The notes: a model not told the origin generated them from the sequence alone. Counted from the first letter of the stretch, positions 25,308-37,216 are shown. The stretch: 64,000 bases of DNA from Glaucostegus cemiculus (GCA_976551045.1 CDPCPM010000018.1:1984001-2048000); one strand, 5' to 3'. Numbers and translations: made by a program.

Positions 25308-25578
25308 GTTAGCGTAACACTATTACAATGCCAGCGACCTGGGTTCAATACCGGTTGCCATCTGTAAGGAGTTTGTACACTCTCCCTGTATCTGTGTGGA
25401 TTTCCTCGGGTGCTCCGGTTTCCTCTCACATTCCAAAGACATACAGGTTAGGAAGTTGTGGGCATATTATATTGGCGCCGAAAGCGTGGTGACACTTGCA
25501 AGCTGCTCCCAGAACGCCATGCAAAAGATGCATTTCATTGTGTGTTTCAACGTACAACTAACAGATATCCGATCTTAC
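25308..25578 (+). mobile_element. V-SINE, Rex/Babar-like-tail subfamily
   Basis: B box gggttcaatacc, V-domain, same tail; head-to-head inverted with the 24910 copy. Confidence 0.88.
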
Positions 25579-26088
25579 TAAATTCATATCAGTCCACACA
25601 GACGATATGATCGATCAGCATGCTTCTAATTCGTTCACCCTTCACCATATCAACGCGCTAATATCACAACACATTACACGGGACCATTTATTAAAATCTA
25701 GAACGGTAATTCCACGTCCGTCACCTAACCTTGAAGTGGTTAAAGCTAGAAGGAAGTTTAGGCACCAGCAGGAAATGGTGAGATAGGTTTCGACGGAGTG
25801 TTGCGAGCTCCCGCTGGGCAAGCAGCGACCAGCTGTCACAGGCGAGCTGCTGTTCAGATGCGGCTGCCAGCGCCCGCTCCCCCCTCTCGCCACTGCGGCA
25901 CCGGCTGGCGCATGGTGCCCGGGCCCTGGCCCAACACACCAACAGCTCCGCAATTCAGCCCAAACCACCGGCGCTCACGGCCGGGCCCCGGCCAATCCCA
26001 GTGCAGCACATGCTCCCAGCCCGGCATTACCCCCCGCACCACCATCACCCCCCCACCCCCCGGGGAGAACCGGGCGGCAGCTCCTCAC

Positions 26089-26155
26089 CGTCCTCAGGTT
26101 CACTCCGTTCCTCCAGGACTCGACCTTCAGCAGCTCGCGTGCTGCGAGAAGAGAG
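26089..26155 (-). other. TFRC: Probable non-coding exon 1 of TFRC (5' boundary uncertain)
   Basis: Donor ACG|gtgagg at 26088 inside the CpG island; no ATG; pyrimidine-rich possible initiator (TCACTCTCTTCTC on minus) near 26146-26158. Confidence 0.65.
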
Positions 26156-26344
26156 TGACGGATGTGACGCCTCAGAGGAGGATGTCGTGAACTCGGCGCG
26201 GAACTGCGTCGCGTCAGGCGTCAGGCGTCAGGCGTCAACCGTCAACCGTCCGCCCCGAGACCCATCGCACCCGGACCCACTGTGTGATCCCCACCGACTC
26301 CCTCAGAGGGGCGGTTTGCAACAACCAACACCCCCCCCCCCCCC

Positions 26345-26470
26345 TCCACAACCACCATCACGTCTTTGGGATGTGGGAGGAAACCCAAGGTTGCAGGGAG
26401 AAGGTGCACCTCCCGGGCAGACGGCGCCGGAGGTCAACATCCCAGCTGGGTCGCTGGAGCTGAGGCGGCA
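26345..26470 (-). mobile_element. Degenerate V-SINE fragment at the upstream edge of the CpG island
   Basis: cacgtctttgggatgtgggaggaaaccc...gggagaaggtgcacctcc is the reverse V-domain. Confidence 0.6.
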
Positions 26471-26483
26471 GCACGACCAGCCA

Positions 26484-26700
26484 GATGGTATTGGGAGCTT
26501 GGAGGCCGTGCATTTGGGAGGACACAAGAGGTAGAAGTGGCAGCTCGCCCTCCAAACTGCCCATCTGCCACTTCTGGCACCACCACCTCTTGCCCCATCT
26601 GTGGAAAAGCCTGGTGGCCTCATCAGTCACCTCGGAACCCACAGAACTGGAGTGGCAGCAAGTCATCCTCGATCGGGAAGGATTGCTTAAAAAGAAGCGT
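26484..26700 (+). mobile_element. RTE-clade LINE 3' end with degenerate C2H2 finger
   Basis: TSCPICGK...GLISHLGTHRTGV.ASHPR followed by terminal aagaag. Confidence 0.65.
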
Positions 26701-27014
26701 ATGCTCAGCCACGGCTGAAGCTGCACAATAGCTATGCTCATCTCTCACCGATCTAGCAGTGGGATGCTTCGGTTCATGACAGCGATGGTAGAAATGACCA
26801 CTACACCATCCATGTAAAGACAAAACAACTTCTTCACACCCAGGACATCTTCCACCACATAGACTCAGAGTAGATCTGAGAAATGAAAACTGGACATCCA
26901 TTGAAGTGCTTGTGGACCACCAGCTGCAGAAATGGACACTGCAACAATCTGTAAATTTACAACCTTTTCAAGGTTAATTGAGGAGGGTAATAATTGCTAG
27001 CCTTACAAATGACA

Positions 27015-28400
27015 CCGAATCCCCAAAAATGAAAACAACACACACCGACTCTACCACTCAACCTGTCCCTTTCCCAAAATACCCTCAACATTTATCTCAA
27101 ACTCCCCAATCTCTGCCCCACAATACATTCTCCTCAATCCCAATCCCAACCCCTCAACACATTTTACCCACTCCTCAAAACTCAGTTTATACTTCTTGAT
27201 AATTCCCCCCACAAAACCCATTCCCCACCCCTCAGCACACCCCACTATTTTCAACCCCAAATCTCATTCCTCAGTGCAAATCTCCTCTCAATATACATTC
27301 TCCAGCCAAAACCTGAATGCCACCAGCCACCTCTTGACAAACCCCTCCAAAACACAACTCTCCACATTGAATATACCCTCTCCATTCCCAAAACTCCAAT
27401 CCACAACTCTCAATACACCCTCTTCATTCCTGGCCACGCCTTCTTCACCTCAAGGCCTCAACTTCTCTTCATTCCTGAAAATACCTCCACTTCTCTTCAA
27501 TCCAAGTCCACCCTTCAAAACATTCCCCAATCCAAAATCCCCACCCCACAACCTTCAACAAACCCCACCCTTAACCTGTCCCATCTCTGAAATCCCACTC
27601 CTAACTCCTCAAGCTCCTAACCCCAAAATAACCTGCCAGATCTCAATACGACCACCCAACTAAAATGCAGATTCCCACCTCAAAATCTGTCCCTATCCTA
27701 AACCTTCTCCTCACCCTTCAACAGACCTGCCCTTTTCCAGACATACCCTTCTAATTCCAAAACCTGTCAACATACTATCTCCATCCATCCACCACCAAAC
27801 CAGTTATATACCACCCTACACAAAACCTCCTCACAGCAAACACTTCTCATGCACCCTCAACACAGCTCAAGACATCCTCTCTTCTCTAAAACCCCAAACT
27901 CCGCCACTCCACACACACTCCCTACTCCCTAAAATCCCATTCCTACTCCTTAGAAAATGTTGCATTCCTCCAAAAATAATTCCAAATCTCTGCAAAATCA
28001 CAACTCCCTACCTCAATTCTCTCTGGTAATTCCCAAAACCCCCAAGACCCATCCACACAATCAATATACCACTCCACTATGCAAAACCTCATTCTCCACC
28101 CTCAACACGCACTATGTATCATTTAGAAAAGACAATTCCCATCCTCAGTACACCTTTACTAAAATCCTTCCTGCTCTCAGAATCCAACTCTGCACCCAGC
28201 CCTCAACATACCTTCCTCATTCCTCAACAAAATATCTTCCCACACCAAAATCCACATCCATACTTATGAATATGACCTCCCCATCCTCAAAATTCATTTC
28301 ACACCCTTCAACCTATCTACCCCTGAACAAAAATTTTTCCACCCCTTGGAAAATGCTCCCCACTTCTCCAACATAATCCTCCCTACCCAAAACTTATTGC
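27015..28400. repeat. ~1.4 kb G-depleted, C/A/T-rich low-complexity tract
   Basis: Very few G on plus; recurrent CCCA/CCCT/CCTCAACA words with no fixed period. Confidence 0.85.
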
Positions 28401-28529
28401 ACGCTCCCTGTCGCAGATATAGCCTTCATCATGTAGGGAGACCAGACGTGTATAAAATACTCCAGGTGCAGTCTCAACGGGTTGCTTGTTTTTTTTTGTA
28501 TACTATCTTTCAGTGTTAGCTCAGTGACT

Positions 28530-29030
28530 GAAGTCGTTCAAAGCAGAAGTTGATTTTTTTGTGACTATTAAAGGAATCAAGATTATTACGGAAGGTGGCA
28601 CAAAGACAAAAAATCAGCAATAACCTTCTTGAATGACCTTCACACTAGAGTAGGTGATATGGGTCTCTCCTTTGTTGGTAAGAGTCAAGTAATTAGGAAG
28701 GCAGATAGTAAATTGGTCCTTTTGTAAAGACTTGGCTACAAGAGTCTTAATGAAATTATAGGGGACCTGGTGAGATCCCACCTGGAATATTATGCACAGA
28801 TTTAGGTCTCTCTACCTAAGGAAGGATATACTTGCAATAAAGGGAGTATTATTCTCATCAGTTCTTGGGATGTTGGCAATTGCAGGTATTGTCTGAGGAG
28901 AAGAATTTCAGCAGATTGTGCCTATACCCTCTCGAGTTTAGAAGGATGAGAGAGAATCCCATTGAAACATATAATGTTCTTATTGGGCTTGACAGATTAG
29001 CATGGATGATGTTTCCCCTCATTCTGGTGT
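28530..29030 (+). mobile_element. Degenerate, rearranged CR1 fragments
   Basis: LVR.HLEY.AQ, LYPLEFRRMR..IETY..L.GLDR motifs. Confidence 0.7.
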
Positions 29031-29224
29031 TTAGATCCATCTGTACTTTAACTGCAATTTATTTTCCATATAATTGCCTCAGGTTTTTCAAATGCAGAAG
29101 TGCAGCAAAGTAGAAAGGAATATTAATTAGAATAGTTTCAAATCCCAACTTGGATCGGTTTACAATACCACAGAAGCCCTTTCTAGGGGGTGGGAAGGGG
29201 AGCAAGTGAAAGAAGAATGGGAGA

Positions 29225-30465
29225 AAAGAAATCTTACTAACCTGGTTGAGTTTTTTGACAGGGTGACGAGAGAGATTGATGAAGGTAGAGCTGTGGATGT
29301 CATCTATATGGACTTCAGCAAGGCATTTGACAAGGTCTCACATAATTGGTTAATCAAGAAAGTTCGGATGTACGGGGTCAGTGGAGAATTGGCTGTGTGG
29401 ATCCAGAACTGGCTTGCCTGTAGAAGACGAAGGGTGGTGGTTGAAGGGACTTATTCGAGCTGGAGGCCTGTGAGTAGTAGTGTTCTGCAGGGATCTGTGC
29501 TGGTACCTCTGCTGTTTGTGATGCACATAAATGACCCAGGATGAGTATGTTGATGGATGGATTAGTGTGTTTGCAGATGATACCAAGATTGGTGGGGTTG
29601 TGAATAGAATAGAAGACTGGCAATGGATACAGTGTGATATAGATCAGCTGCAGATGTTGTGGCAGAGAAATGGCAGATGGAGTTTAACCAGGATAAATGT
29701 GAGGTGTTGCACCTTGGTAGGACTAATGTCAAGAGGCAGTACACTCTTAAGGGCAAGACCCTTAACAGTGTTAAAGAGCAAAGCGACTTTGAGGTGCAAG
29801 TCCATGACTCAATGAAAGTGGCTACACAGGTTGACAGGGTGGTTAAGAAGGCTTATGGAATGCTTGCATTTATTAATCAGGGTATTGCATATAGGAGTCA
29901 AGAAGTTATGATGCATCTCTATAGAATGCTGATTAGGCTGCATTTAGAGTATTGCGTGCAGTTCTGGTCACCTCACTATAGGACGGATGTGGAGGCTTTA
30001 AAGAGGCTGCAGAGGAGGTTTACTAGGATGCTGCCTGTATTAGAGGGCATGTGCTATCAGGAGAGGCTGGACAAACTTGGGCTCTTTTCTCTGAAGCGAC
30101 GAAGGCTGAGGGGTGATCTGTTGGAAGTGCATAAAATTATGAGGGGCATAGATAGGGTGGACAAGCAATATCTTTTCCCCATCAATGAGCGATGCAATAC
30201 CAGAGGGCATGGTTTTGTTAGAGGGGTAGGTTCAGAACAGACATGAGGGGTACGTTTTTTACTGAGAGAGTGGTGGATGCCTGGAATGTGTTGTCTGAAG
30301 GGGTGGTGGAGGCAAACTCATTGGGGGCTTTTAAGAGGGGCTTGGATGGGCACATGAATGAGAGGAAAATAGAGGGATATGGGCACTCTGTAGGTAGTAG
30401 GGAATAGCTATGTCAGTACAACATTGTGGGCCAAACGGCCTGTTCTGTGCTGTTCTATATTCTAT
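29225..30465 (+). mobile_element. 5'-truncated CR1 LINE (RT to 3' tail), frameshifted
   Basis: LTNLVEFF, YMDFSKAFDKV, QGSVL.PLLF, FADDTKIGG, WQMEFN, HLEYCVQFWSP; ttctat tail. Confidence 0.95.
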
Positions 30466-30824
30466 ATCTCTCCTTGTTGAATGACAGATTCCACTAACAC
30501 TTTTTGGATAGAAGAAGGGTGTGAACATGAGAAAGCATAACGCTTTGATCTGGAATTTGGACAGAATGACTCAGGGCCTATTAATCTTTAAAGACTGATG
30601 TGATATTCTGTTTATAAAAGATGGATGCAAACTCTAAGAACTCTATCTCTTTTGGAGGAGAAATGTTATCTATGCTCACAGAATCATACATTAGTCCTTA
30701 TCAAAATGTCACAGTCAATTCAACTGAAAGTGATACCTACTAAGCAAGATGATGGTAGACGAACAAATATTAGATGCAAGTGCTGGATCAATTCCACTAA
30801 TAGCTCAATTGGTAAATAAAGTAG

Positions 30825-31200
30825 TCATAGAATATACAGCACGGAAACAGGCCCTTACGTCCAACTCGTCCATGCTAATCAAGTTGCCTACTTGAGCTAG
30901 TCCCATTTTCCTGCATTTGGCCCATATCCCTCTGAACCTTTCCTGTCCTTGAACCTGTGCAAATGTCTTTTAAACATTATCATTACACCTGCCTCTACTA
31001 CTTCCTCTGGCAGCTCATTCTCCATAGTTTTAGACTCCCCTACCCTGGGAATAAGGCTGTGACCATTCACCTTATCTATGCCCCTCATGATTTGATAAGC
31101 CTCTATAAGATCATCCCTTAGCCTCTTATGCTCCAGTAAGACAAAAGCCCCAGCCTTATCTAGAATCTCCTTGTGAATCAAGCTCCCCATTCCTGGTAAC
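30825..31200 (-). mobile_element. CR1 3' fragment
   Basis: RLRDDLIEAYQIMRGIDKV, ELPEEVVEAG, GYGPNAGKWD. Confidence 0.88.
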
Positions 31201-32149
31201 ATTCTGTATCTATCTCAGATTAAATTCTCCGGGTTTGATCTATGTTCTTGTGTTATTTAAATAATCTCAGTTCAAAGGGATAATTAAAAATTAGTCTGTG
31301 TTTTCTCCTGATTCAATGGCTTGTATTTGAAGTATTTTTGAAGACAATGACTGAGAATAAAATGGATTGTTTACTGCAATAGGGGAAGAAACACTTACAT
31401 AAGGCACTTAACAAGAGTATTATTAAAAAAATTAATAACATTTAAAATTGAGACTCAAGTAGATAATCAAAGATTTATCATTGTAGTAGTTATTAGCATG
31501 TTTTCAAAGAAGGAGAGAAAAAGAGAGGCAGGGAAGCTTAGACAAAGAAGTCCAAAGTTTTGGATCAAGGCAACTGAAAGCATAACCATCAATTCTGAAA
31601 GGATTAAAATCAGAATAGTGCAAGAGCTAGAATCATATTCATTCATCCATCCATCCATCCCATCATCTGACTAGAAATTTTATATAATGTTTGCCTTGAT
31701 TCACTACTTATTGAAGAGAACATTCTGCTTTTCAAAGATTATTTGGCTAATTTGTAATAGTGTGATTTATCACAATTCAGTAAGTGCTCATCATTACTAT
31801 CAATTGGCTCTAAGCAAATATCAATTGCTACATCATATTTGTTACATCATGGTTTTGCTCAAGAGTTAATATTTCTCTTCAGTAGTTCCCTAAGAAGAAA
31901 GAACTTCCCTAAACTAAAAAATACTAAATGTAAATTACCCAAGATTTTAAAGTTTTTAAAATATTATTCAATTTTTTGCTGAATAATTAAACTAACAGAT
32001 ACTATGCAGATGATTTAATTCAGCTGCAGACAAGAATAACAGCTTGCATTTATAGCATAACCTAGGGTGCATCAGCTGAGGATTTCAAAACAGAAATTTG
32101 ACACTCACTTGAGGCACATAAAAAAAGTAAATAATATTTAAAGTTACAG

Positions 32150-32455
32150 GGTGGCATTGTGACATAACCGGTGAAGCTGCTGCTTCACAGTTCCAGTGAC
32201 CTGGGTTCGAATCTGACCACTGGTGCTGTCTGTTTGGGCTTTGCACATTCCACCTGTGACCTGCATGGGTTTCCTTGGGGTGCTCCAGAGTCCTCCCACA
32301 TTCCAAGACTTGTAGGTTGGTAGATTAATTGACCATTAAATTGCCTCTGGTGCATGTGGTTGATAGAAAGCTGAGAGTGTGAGGAGAATAGGGAAAATTA
32401 CTGGGGGGATTGGGTTTTGCTCTGAGGCTGATGGACCATATGGCCTCCTTCCGTG
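32150..32455 (+). mobile_element. Older V-SINE
   Basis: B box gggttcgaatc, V-domain, CR1-type tail gatggaccatatggcctccttcc. Confidence 0.78.
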
Positions 32456-33372
32456 GATATACGTAAATATGGAAAAAGAGAGATGTTAAGGCAAGTGATG
32501 TAGGTTTTGAGGAATGCTCTGCAGAATAAGAGAAAAATGTAAAAGATGAAAACATCTTTTACATCTCTGATTTTAATGATGGAGTCATTAAAATCAGAGA
32601 TGTGCCAGAGTTCAGATTGAGAGGAGAGCAGAAACTTCAAAGGTTGTAGCACCAGAGATGGCAAGAGGTGAACCCAATAAGGATTTTGTAGACAAGGATG
32701 AGACTTTTAAAATTGTGTCTTCCTGGTAGAGGAGAGGCATTGGAAGAGGATGGTGTGCAATCAAAAGCTGCAACAAGAGTGGCCAATTTACCAAGACTGG
32801 AATGAAATAGATGGTAATTGTAACTTTAATAAGGACCCTCTACTACTGTGGAAGGGCCTATAACCCAATTGAAATGTTTCAAATGGAATTGTGGGATTTG
32901 AGGCAAGGAATTTGAAAACAACAAAATAATCAAGGACCCTGAAGAGGGGAAGTCAGATATGAGCAGTGTATGGCAAGGACATTGCAGTGAAGGACACATT
33001 TTTTGAGGAGGAGTTGATGACAGAAAATGTAAAGAATGAAGCAGGTCCTGCTAAAAGGAGTTAGAAAGGAAAGTGGTTAACACTTTGGTGGGAATGGATT
33101 CAAGAGAGCAGGATTTGGATCTCATGAACAGGTTAAGCTTAGAGATGGCACAAGGGGAGTAACGAGTGTAACTGGAAAAAGATGTAAATTCATGTCCATG
33201 GGCCTTAGGGATGAAGTGCTTAGGATAATGTGGGAAGGGACAGAGGCAGCATAGGCAGATGAATAAATATATACAAGCATTAAAATAAGGAACAGGAACA
33301 AGCAACTTGGCTTCTAAATCATGCTCTGCCATTTAAGAAGATTGTTGCTGATCTGACTGCAATCTTAACTTG

Positions 33373-34675
33373 ATATCTCAACTCCTGATTAGGGACAGTC
33401 AGCATGGCTTTGTGAGGGGCAGCTCGTGCCTCATGAGCCTGATTGAATTCTTTGAGGATGTGACAAAGTACATTGATGAAAGCAGAGCAGTTGATGTGGT
33501 GTACATGGATTTCTGTAAGGTGTTTGATAAGGTTCCTCGTGGAAGGCTTGTTCAGAAAGTCAGGAGGCATGGGATCCAGGGAAACTTGGCTGTATGGATT
33601 CAGAATTGGCTCACCCACAGAAGATAGAGGGTGGTTGTAGATGGAGCATATTCTGCCTGTAGGTTAATGACCAGTGGTGCTCTGCAGGGATCTGTTCTGG
33701 AACCCCTGCTCTTTGTGATTTTTAGAAATGACTTGAGTGAGGATGTGGAAGGGTGGGTTAGTAAGTTTGCTGATGACACAAAGGTTGGTGGTGTTGTGGA
33801 CAGTGTAGAAGGTTGCTGTAGTTTACAACAGGACATTGATAGAATGCAGAGCTGGGCTGAGAAGTGGCAGATGGAGTTTAACCCAGATAAGTGTGAAGTG
33901 ATACACTTCAGGAGATTGGATTTGAAGGCAGAATACAAGGTTAATGGCAGGACTCTTAGTACTGTGGAGGAACAGCGGGATCTTGGAGTCCACGTCCATA
34001 GGTCCCTCAAAGTTGCCATGCAGGTCGATAAGGTTGTTAAGAAGGCATATGGAGTGTTGGCCTTCATTAGTCGGAGTATTGAATTCAAGAGCCATGAGGT
34101 GATGTTGCAGCTCTATAGAACTCTGGTCAGACCACACTTGGAGTATTGTGTTCAGTTCTGGTCGCCTCATTATAGAAAGGATGTGGAAGCTTTAGAGAGG
34201 GTGCAGATGAGATTTACCAGGATGTTGCCTGGATTGGAGAGCATGTCTTATGAGGATAGGTTGAGCAAAGTAGGGCTTTTCTCTTTGGAGAGAAGGAGGA
34301 TGAAAGGTGACTTGATTGAGGTGTACAAGATGATAAGAGGCATAGATCGAGTAGCTAGTCAGAGACTTTTCCCCAGAGCGACAATGGCTAACACGAGGGG
34401 GCATAATTTTAAGGTGATTGGAGGAAGGTATAAGGGGGATGTCAGGGGTAAGTTTTTTGCAGAGAGTGGTGGGTGCGTGGAACGCACTACATGCAGAGGT
34501 TGTGGGGGCAGATACGTTAGGGACATTTAAGAGATTCTTGATAGACAAATGAACGATAGAGAAATGGGAAACTATGTGGGAGGGAAGGGTTAGATGGATT
34601 TCAGAGAAGGATAAAATGTCGACACAACATTGTGGGCTGAAGGGCCTGTACTGTATTGTAGTGTTCTATGTTTCT
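33373..34675 (+). mobile_element. Young 5'-truncated CR1 LINE (RT domain to 3' tail)
   Basis: ORFs 33370-33627 and 33631-34530 separated by one TAG; SQHGFV, YMDFCKVFDKVP, QGSVL.PLLF, SKFADDTKVGG, WQMEFNPDKCEV. Confidence 0.96.
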
Positions 34676-35150
34676 ATCCCCACTTGAACCCTGCAGTCTT
34701 TCACCTTCTTACTTATCAAGATGGTTTCAGTGTTCACAGCAATTAAATTCATGAGCTCCTCCCAGTTACTGGAGGTGAGGAAGGGAAAGCAAGGGAGAGG
34801 GGTTTAAGAAGATGGTTCCTGGTGGAAAAGAGGAGCTTTGGAATATCCTTGCATGCCAGGATTTTTTGGGAATAGTGATGATGGCCTACCAGGAAGAGGC
34901 TGATGGTTTTAGTAGGAAGAAGAGCAATAACAGTGGAATTGACAGTGTGACTGAGTGTTCTGAGCTGCAGAAACTATTTAGTGAATGGAGGCCAAAGTTA
35001 AATGGTTCGAATTTGGAAGTACCATTGTAAGTGATGGACTGATGGAAGGAAGTTGGGATGGTGGGGTGGGGTAGCTAGATGTGAATGGAGGGGATGGGTC
35101 TCTCAGGAGAAGATCAGATAATGTGTTATCTGTGATTGACATGATGGGAG

Positions 35151-35452
35151 TAGATAAGATAGATAAGATCTTTATTAGTCACATGTACATCGAAACACAC
35201 AGTGAAATACATCTTCTGCGTAGTGATTTTGGGGGGCAGCCCACAAGTGTCGCCACACTTCCGGTGCCAACATAGCATGCCCATAACATCCTAACCTGTA
35301 CGTCTTTAGAATGTGGGAGGAAACCGGAGCACCCAGAGGAAACCCACACACACATGGGGAGAACGTACAAACTCCTTACAGACAATGGCCGGATTTGAAC
35401 CCGGGTCGCTGGCGCTGTAAAGCATTGTGCTAACCACTATGCTACCATGCTG
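35151..35452 (-). mobile_element. V-SINE, Rex/Babar-like-tail subfamily, full length
   Basis: A/B boxes, V-domain, tail atttcactgtgtgtttcgatgtacatgtgactaataaagatcttatctatcttatct. Confidence 0.9.
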
Positions 35453-35894
35453 TCCCGTACCGTGCTGAGTAGAGAAGCTTTGTAGGATCATTTAAAGTTC
35501 TGAAGAGACTGTAAAGAATAGATTAAAAATAAAAGTGGAGTCATTTTGGCTTTGGATTGCAGTAGAATAGCAAAGGCAACATTAATTCAGCTGTCCATGA
35601 TACATCTCTGTTGAAAATCAGGTGAGATGCGTGATTGATCTAATACTGCTTACTTAAACTATCATCCAAAATTGAGATAACATTAATGTAGGATTAAATG
35701 GAAGAAAATTAGGGCGAACAATGTGATTAAGTGGGCTGTGATATTGTGGAGTATATCACCGGAGTGAGTGACTGATGCAGAAAGCATGTTTACATTTAAG
35801 AAGGTGTTTAAAAAGTGATTAAAAAAAGGATAAAGAGTTATGAGGAATGCAGCAGTCTCATAGGATTAGTGCTAGAGCTCATAAGAAGGATTAA

Positions 35895-36146
35895 TTTTAA
35901 TTTTTTAATTTAATTTAATTTTTATTTACAGTGTGGTAACAGGCCCTTTCGGCCCAACAAGTCCGCACCGCCCATTGTAACACCCAAATTAACCTACCCG
36001 TACGTCTTTTAGAATGTGGGAGGAAACCGGAGCACCCAGAGGAAACTCATGCAGACACGGGAGAACATACAAACTCCTTACAGTCAGCGACGGGAATCGA
36101 ACCCCGATCTCTGGCGCTGTAACAGCGTTGCGCTAACCTCTATGCT
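35895..36146 (-). mobile_element. V-SINE, CR1-tail subfamily
   Basis: B box gggttcgattccc, V-domain, tail gggccgaaagggcctgttaccacactgtaaataaa plus AT-rich repeat. Confidence 0.9.
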
Positions 36147-36877
36147 ATTAACAGCAACAGTCCAATTTGACTCAAACTATGTTGAAACTAGAGTCATATT
36201 TCAGTACCTACATTAAAGGCACAAAATACATTTTACACTATTTTAACAATTTAACCCTGATTCAAAGCCACAACAGTTAATGTGCCAACAGATAGAAATA
36301 AATTTTGAACAGAGACATGGCATTTAAATAAAATGAAAGAGATAAGATAGATAAGTATCTGATATGCATCTTAAAGGCAAATGAACAAACCAGTCCGTGG
36401 TGCAAAGTTCTCCATAACACATATGAAAAGGCAAGTGTGCCCAGGCATAACTTCACAGCACTTATACGAACAGTCACACAGTTACACAGTAGAAAGTCTG
36501 AAGCATGTTTGGTACAACCACAGTTTTTTTAAAATTAGGATTATGAAGGGAATAATGTTATTCTAGTTGTTCACATACTGATAAACTTTTATTATGTGCA
36601 TTTAGAGCTGCAAGGAGACTCTCCTGTTGCTTAACTTAAAAAAATTAATTTCCTCATCCTTGACTCTGCAAAAATAAACTTGTCCACTCATCCATTATCA
36701 AGAAGTGCCAAACCCAGGGTGTGTGAAACCAGTTGGCAAGAAGCTATATCTTGTCAAACTGGAAAAAATAAGCCATCATTAGCTTTCACAGAATTTTGTA
36801 AAGCATTTTGGGTGTGTGCATAACTTGATGGATAGCCCTTCGTTTTAATTCCTGAACCTAATTTAATTACTGGAATC

Positions 36878-37216
36878 AACTACAGCAGAGAAACAGACTC
36901 TTTGGCCCACCAAGTCCATGCTAAATACTAAGCATCCAATTACAATAATCCTACACCAATCCCAGTTTTTTAAAAATTCTCCCCACATTCCCTTCAATTC
37001 CCTGCAGACCTTACCACTGACCTACATACTGAGAGCAATTTATCCACTATCAAGTGGCCATCCACACATCTTTGGAATGTGGGAAACCAGAGCACCTGGT
37101 GGAAACCCACATGGTCACAAGGATAATGTGCAAACTCCATGCAGATAGCACCTGGGGTTAGGATTGAACCCAGTTTGCTGGAGCTATGTGGCAGTGGCTC
37201 TATTAGCTGCACCACT
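36878..37216 (-). mobile_element. Older V-SINE
   Basis: Reverse B box ggattgaacccag, V-domain, CR1-type tail. Confidence 0.78.

Larger units (their letters stand above)
25780..26480. promoter_or_regulatory. CpG island / TFRC promoter with ETS-CRE-like composite, tandem CGTCA half-sites and GC box
   Basis: Only extended CpG-dense tract in the window; CGGATGTGACGC at 26159-26170, five CGTCA at 7-bp spacing 26212-26244, CCGCCC at 26250-26255. Confidence 0.8.
32040..35520 (-). mobile_element. Very old L2-like LINE host, fragmented by later insertions
   Basis: Starts with reverse L2-type tail (cttgcatttatagc); purine-rich reverse LINE-like segments at 32470-33260 and 34740-35140; no intact ORF. 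Confidence 0.45.

Noticed and set aside
26124-26152. IRE-shaped hairpin in putative exon 1 (minus: cttc-tC-GCAGC-ACGCGA-GCTGC-t-gaag)
   Set aside because: The geometry (unpaired C, 5-bp stem, 6-nt loop) fits, but the loop is not CAGUGN and cannot form the C1-G5 pair. Such stems are common in GC-rich DNA, and TFRC IREs are expected in the 3' UTR outside this window.
26211-26252. CRISPR-like or prokaryotic repeat array
   Set aside because: 7-bp tandem units without spacers in a vertebrate promoter; nothing prokaryotic in the window.
25642-26741. Several overlapping 100-177 aa ORFs on both strands
   Set aside because: By-product of the GC-rich CpG island plus SINE/RTE remnants; Pro/Gly/Arg-rich with no recognisable domain.
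27196-28376. 155-aa and 139-aa Pro/Ser/Thr-rich mucin-like ORFs
   Set aside because: G depletion removes TAG/TGA stops and forces P/S/T/N/K codons; no splice structure, signal peptide or periodic repeat.
33631-34530. 299-aa reverse transcriptase ORF as an active or novel RT system
   Set aside because: Ordinary 5'-truncated CR1 with an in-frame stop upstream and a frameshift near the end; no endonuclease or promoter.
12150-37216. tRNA genes suggested by A/B boxes
   Set aside because: All are SINE heads followed by V-domains; no complete cloverleaf.
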